Below are positions 59,383-64,000 of a DNA stretch of 64,000 bases, in pieces. Position numbers and translations under genes: made by a program. The stretch is taken from NCBI GenBank assembly GCA_964016885.1, contig OZ024742.1, positions 98,394,001 to 98,458,000 on the forward strand. The letters run 5' to 3'. The number at the start of each line of letters is the position of its first letter. Within the stretch, counting starts at the first letter, position 1. The notes under the pieces are model-generated. The model did no database searches, was not told the DNA's origin, and saw nothing but the letters and a program-made list of their open reading frames with translations. Origin of the DNA: Eledone cirrhosa. Taxonomy: Eukaryota.

Positions 59383-59642
59383 TTAATCTGTTATTTTATA
59401 AATATTTGCTCCACGGTTCTTATATATTTGATATATATTTATCCTTATCGAGCCCTCTTTGGATTTTAGTCTTGAAATGTATTATTATTAATTATATATT
59501 TATATATATATATTTATATATATATATATAAATATATATATATATTTATATATATATATATAAATATATATATATATTTATATATATATTTATATATATA
59601 TATTTATATATATATATTTATATATATATATTTATATATATA

Positions 59643-59791
<149 letters not shown>

Positions 59792-59801
59792 ATATATATA
59801 T

Positions 59802-60227
59802 TAGTAAGCGGAATAGAAAATGCTGACAAATTGTTCACAGTTGAAAAATGGTTTAATTAGGAATAAAAGAGTATTAGTGATTGTATGGGTTAGTATTCAG
59901 TTGTGGTTTTAAGTTTTTAAGTTTTTACCGGTTGCGCATTTCTAAATGCTTTTCAAAAATGATTTTGAGATAGAGTGTCCGTGCTGTTTGCTCTGATCTG
60001 AGCAAACAGCACGGACACTCTATCTCAAAATTATTTTTGAAAAGCATTTAGAAATGCGCAACCGGTAAAAACTTAAAAACTTAAAACCACAACTGAATAC
60101 TAACCCATACAATCACTAATACTCTTTTATTCCTAATGAAACCATTTTTCAACTGTGAACAATTTGTCAGCATTTTCTATTCCGTTTACCAATATATAAT
60201 AACTTTAGTGTTACACCTCTATTCTTT

Positions 60228-60231
<4 letters not shown>
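59802..60231. mobile_element. Fold-back element with ~190-bp arms and 40-bp tail, variant HHR-like motif at 60034-60070
   Basis: Centre gctc-tgatct-gagc near 59995; ttt TTGAAAA gcattt ag aaatgc GCAA CCGG TA aaa in both arms. Confidence 0.88.
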
Positions 60232-61308
<1,077 letters not shown>

Positions 61309-61328
61309 AAAGAGTAGAGGTGTAACAT

Positions 61329-61880
61329 ACTATAAAATTAACCTACTCATCCACCAAAAATTTAGCACAAAATATTAATAGAATAAATAATAGGAATTTA
61401 AAACCTAGCCAAAATACCGATAATAGCATATATAATATCCAAGTTAACAAATGTAACTGTAGAGATAGATCTAAATGTTCGTTAAATAACAATTGCTTAG
61501 TTAAAAATATAATATACAACTGTAATGTTAAAACGGACTTAAATTCTTTTAACTATGTTGGTTCCACCTCGACAGAATTTAAACTTCGCTATAATAACCA
61601 CAAGAATTCTTTCACAGATCCAAGCAAAAAATCCTCAACATCACTATCAGGCCTACTCTGGCAACTTAGGCATGATAACGTTGGATATTCAACGGCTTGG
61701 AATATAGTCTCAAGAGGGATTCCTTTTAATTCATCCTCTGAGACATGTGACCTCTGCGCGGAGGAGATATTCTTTATACTAAAATCTAAAAATTCCCTTA
61801 ATTTACGGACAAATTTATTCAGTTGCTGCAGACATAGATTAAACTCAACTTTTAAATATAAATATAAATTTAAAATGTAG
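61329..61880 (+). pseudogene. Uninterrupted 5'-truncated Naiad-like GIY-YIG frame, absent from the ORF track
   Basis: Manual translation: [12 protein letters not shown]...CNCRDRSKCSLNNNC...IIYNC...YVGSTSTEFKLRYNNH...TSLSGLLW...CDLCAEE...CRH...M*. Confidence 0.9.
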
Positions 61881-63241
61881 TATTTAATTTGATTTATAAT
61901 TATTTATGAAACTCGCCGATAAATCTTTCGATTCCTTTTTATTTTAAACATTCTTCATGAATAATTAAACTACTCTAAAAGCTGATGCTCCAAACATATC
62001 GAATAAATTTTACACTAGATAAACTTCTATATTAAATATAAGACCATCTGTAGATCAAATGGGTATCCTAAACTTTTGGAATATTTTCTGCTAGACAGGA
62101 TTTGGTAAATAATTTTTGGTTTTGTTTGCTTTTGATCCTGATGCTTATAACGAACTTGGCAATATATTGTCAATTAACTTTGAAGGGTTGATCTCTGTGG
62201 TTGATTTTCGGGGCATACTATGTTTTATTTTTATTTTAATATTTTTAATATTTTTAATATTTTTAATATTTTTATTTTTATTTTTAATATTTTTTTGATT
62301 TTTTTGTTTTTTATTTACTTTTTGTTTCTGATATTTTTATTGATATATTGATATCTTCTCTATTTATGCTTGAACGATAATCATGTAGAGTAAAGACATG
62401 AATAGTATTGTTAAAATTAATGTAGACTCTATATATATTCGTGTGTATGTACACATATATGTATACTTAAATTTTTATAACAGAATGAGAATGTTTTCGT
62501 GTGAAATAGGATTTTGCAGAGCTGATCACGTAAATTCAGATGGATGTATATAGTATAAAATCTGGGATAACCTTCTATTTTATCTCAACTCTAATATAAA
62601 CCTAGGAATTTTAGACTAGACATATGATCATTATTTATCACACATTATTGATACGTGTCTCATTCATGAATACTGATATTTACATTATAATGCCTGTTTT
62701 ATACGAATTGATATTTTTTACATTGATGAAACATGGTGTTTTAATTCTGCCTCGTTTTTGTCTGGATATTTTTCTTTTCTCTCTATGTAACGGCTCTTAA
62801 CCACATATATCTCTCTCTACATTAATATTAGAGCTAAATAAATAAATAAATAAATAAATATATCATTGATACGTCATTCAACTGGTGCCCAACTACCTAG
62901 TTTCTTTCTCTCTATCTCTATCTATATCTATCTCTCTATATTTTCTCTCTCTCTCTCTCTCCTCTCTTCTCTCTCTCTCTCACTATCTATCTCCCTCTGT
63001 GTTCTTTTCCTCTCTCTATATATCTCTCTCTGTTTCTTTACATGAATTTCTTCTCTATATCTATTTCTCTATATCTATCTCTCTCTACTTAGTTGCATGC
63101 ATTTCTTCTTTTTCTTCGTTTTTCTTCTTTCTTTTTATAACTGTCCCTAATATTTTTTCATTACCAAATCAACTTTTCAAATAGAAGTCGAAGTTGAAAG
63201 GTATGTCGAATCTATCTATTTATAAGACTGTTTATATTGTA

Positions 63242-63303
63242 TTTTGTCTGAAGAAGGCATAACATATTTTTAATATGATATCCCTGAAATATATATAATG
63301 AAA
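63242..63303 (+). ncRNA. Type I hammerhead in a solo element (~63220-63436) of the 47.8-kb family
   Basis: ttttgt CTGAAGA agg...cct GAAA TATATA TA atgaaa, followed by the shared tail. Confidence 0.78.
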
Positions 63304-63446
63304 TAAATATGGTTTTGTAAATATAGTTTCCATTTATTTAATATCGTAAATATACTCCAAATACTTGTTGAGTGCTTTTATATCAGTTATAAATATTTAC
63401 TCGTTGTTAACCCAACAATTTAAATAAAACTTTGCATATATATATA

Positions 63447-63908
<462 letters not shown>

Positions 63909-63923
63909 ATATATATATATTTT

Positions 63924-63958
<35 letters not shown>

Positions 63959-64000
63959 ATATATATTTACATATATATATATATATATATATTTATATAT

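Larger units (their letters stand above)
56197..59490. mobile_element. Naiad-like PLE, two 5'-truncated copies head to head (arms ~56197-57454 and 58135-59403) plus tail
   Basis: ~1.26-kb inverted arms; centre carries RT and GIY-YIG coding pieces. Confidence 0.92.

Overview
AT-rich, microsatellite-dense animal DNA, inferred to be cephalopod (octopus-like) from its SINE and repeat content. No intact host gene is supported, and most ORF-track entries are microsatellite artefacts. The window holds tRNA-derived SINEs, decayed LINEs (R4/Dong-like, Tx1-like, RTE-like), two small DNA-transposon relics and several Penelope-like element (PLE) fragments with GIY-YIG endonuclease and RT sequence. The main unannotated signal is about a dozen distinct, mostly non-coding insertions sitting in (TA)n tracts. 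They are usually fold-back palindromes with a one-sided tail and carry type I hammerhead ribozyme (HHR) motifs, found by eye. Several families have non-consensus cores: a U3-A8 compensatory swap, or A at position 4. The best candidate is an apparently identical 615-bp tandem array (41.57-43.25 kb) with one complete U3-A8, GUC-cleaving hammerhead per unit, the architecture expected of a retrozyme or circRNA producer that CUGANGA searches would miss. A cysteine-rich peptide-like exon with one in-frame stop lies at 16.7-16.9 kb. All folds and identities are manual and untested; element boundaries are approximate.
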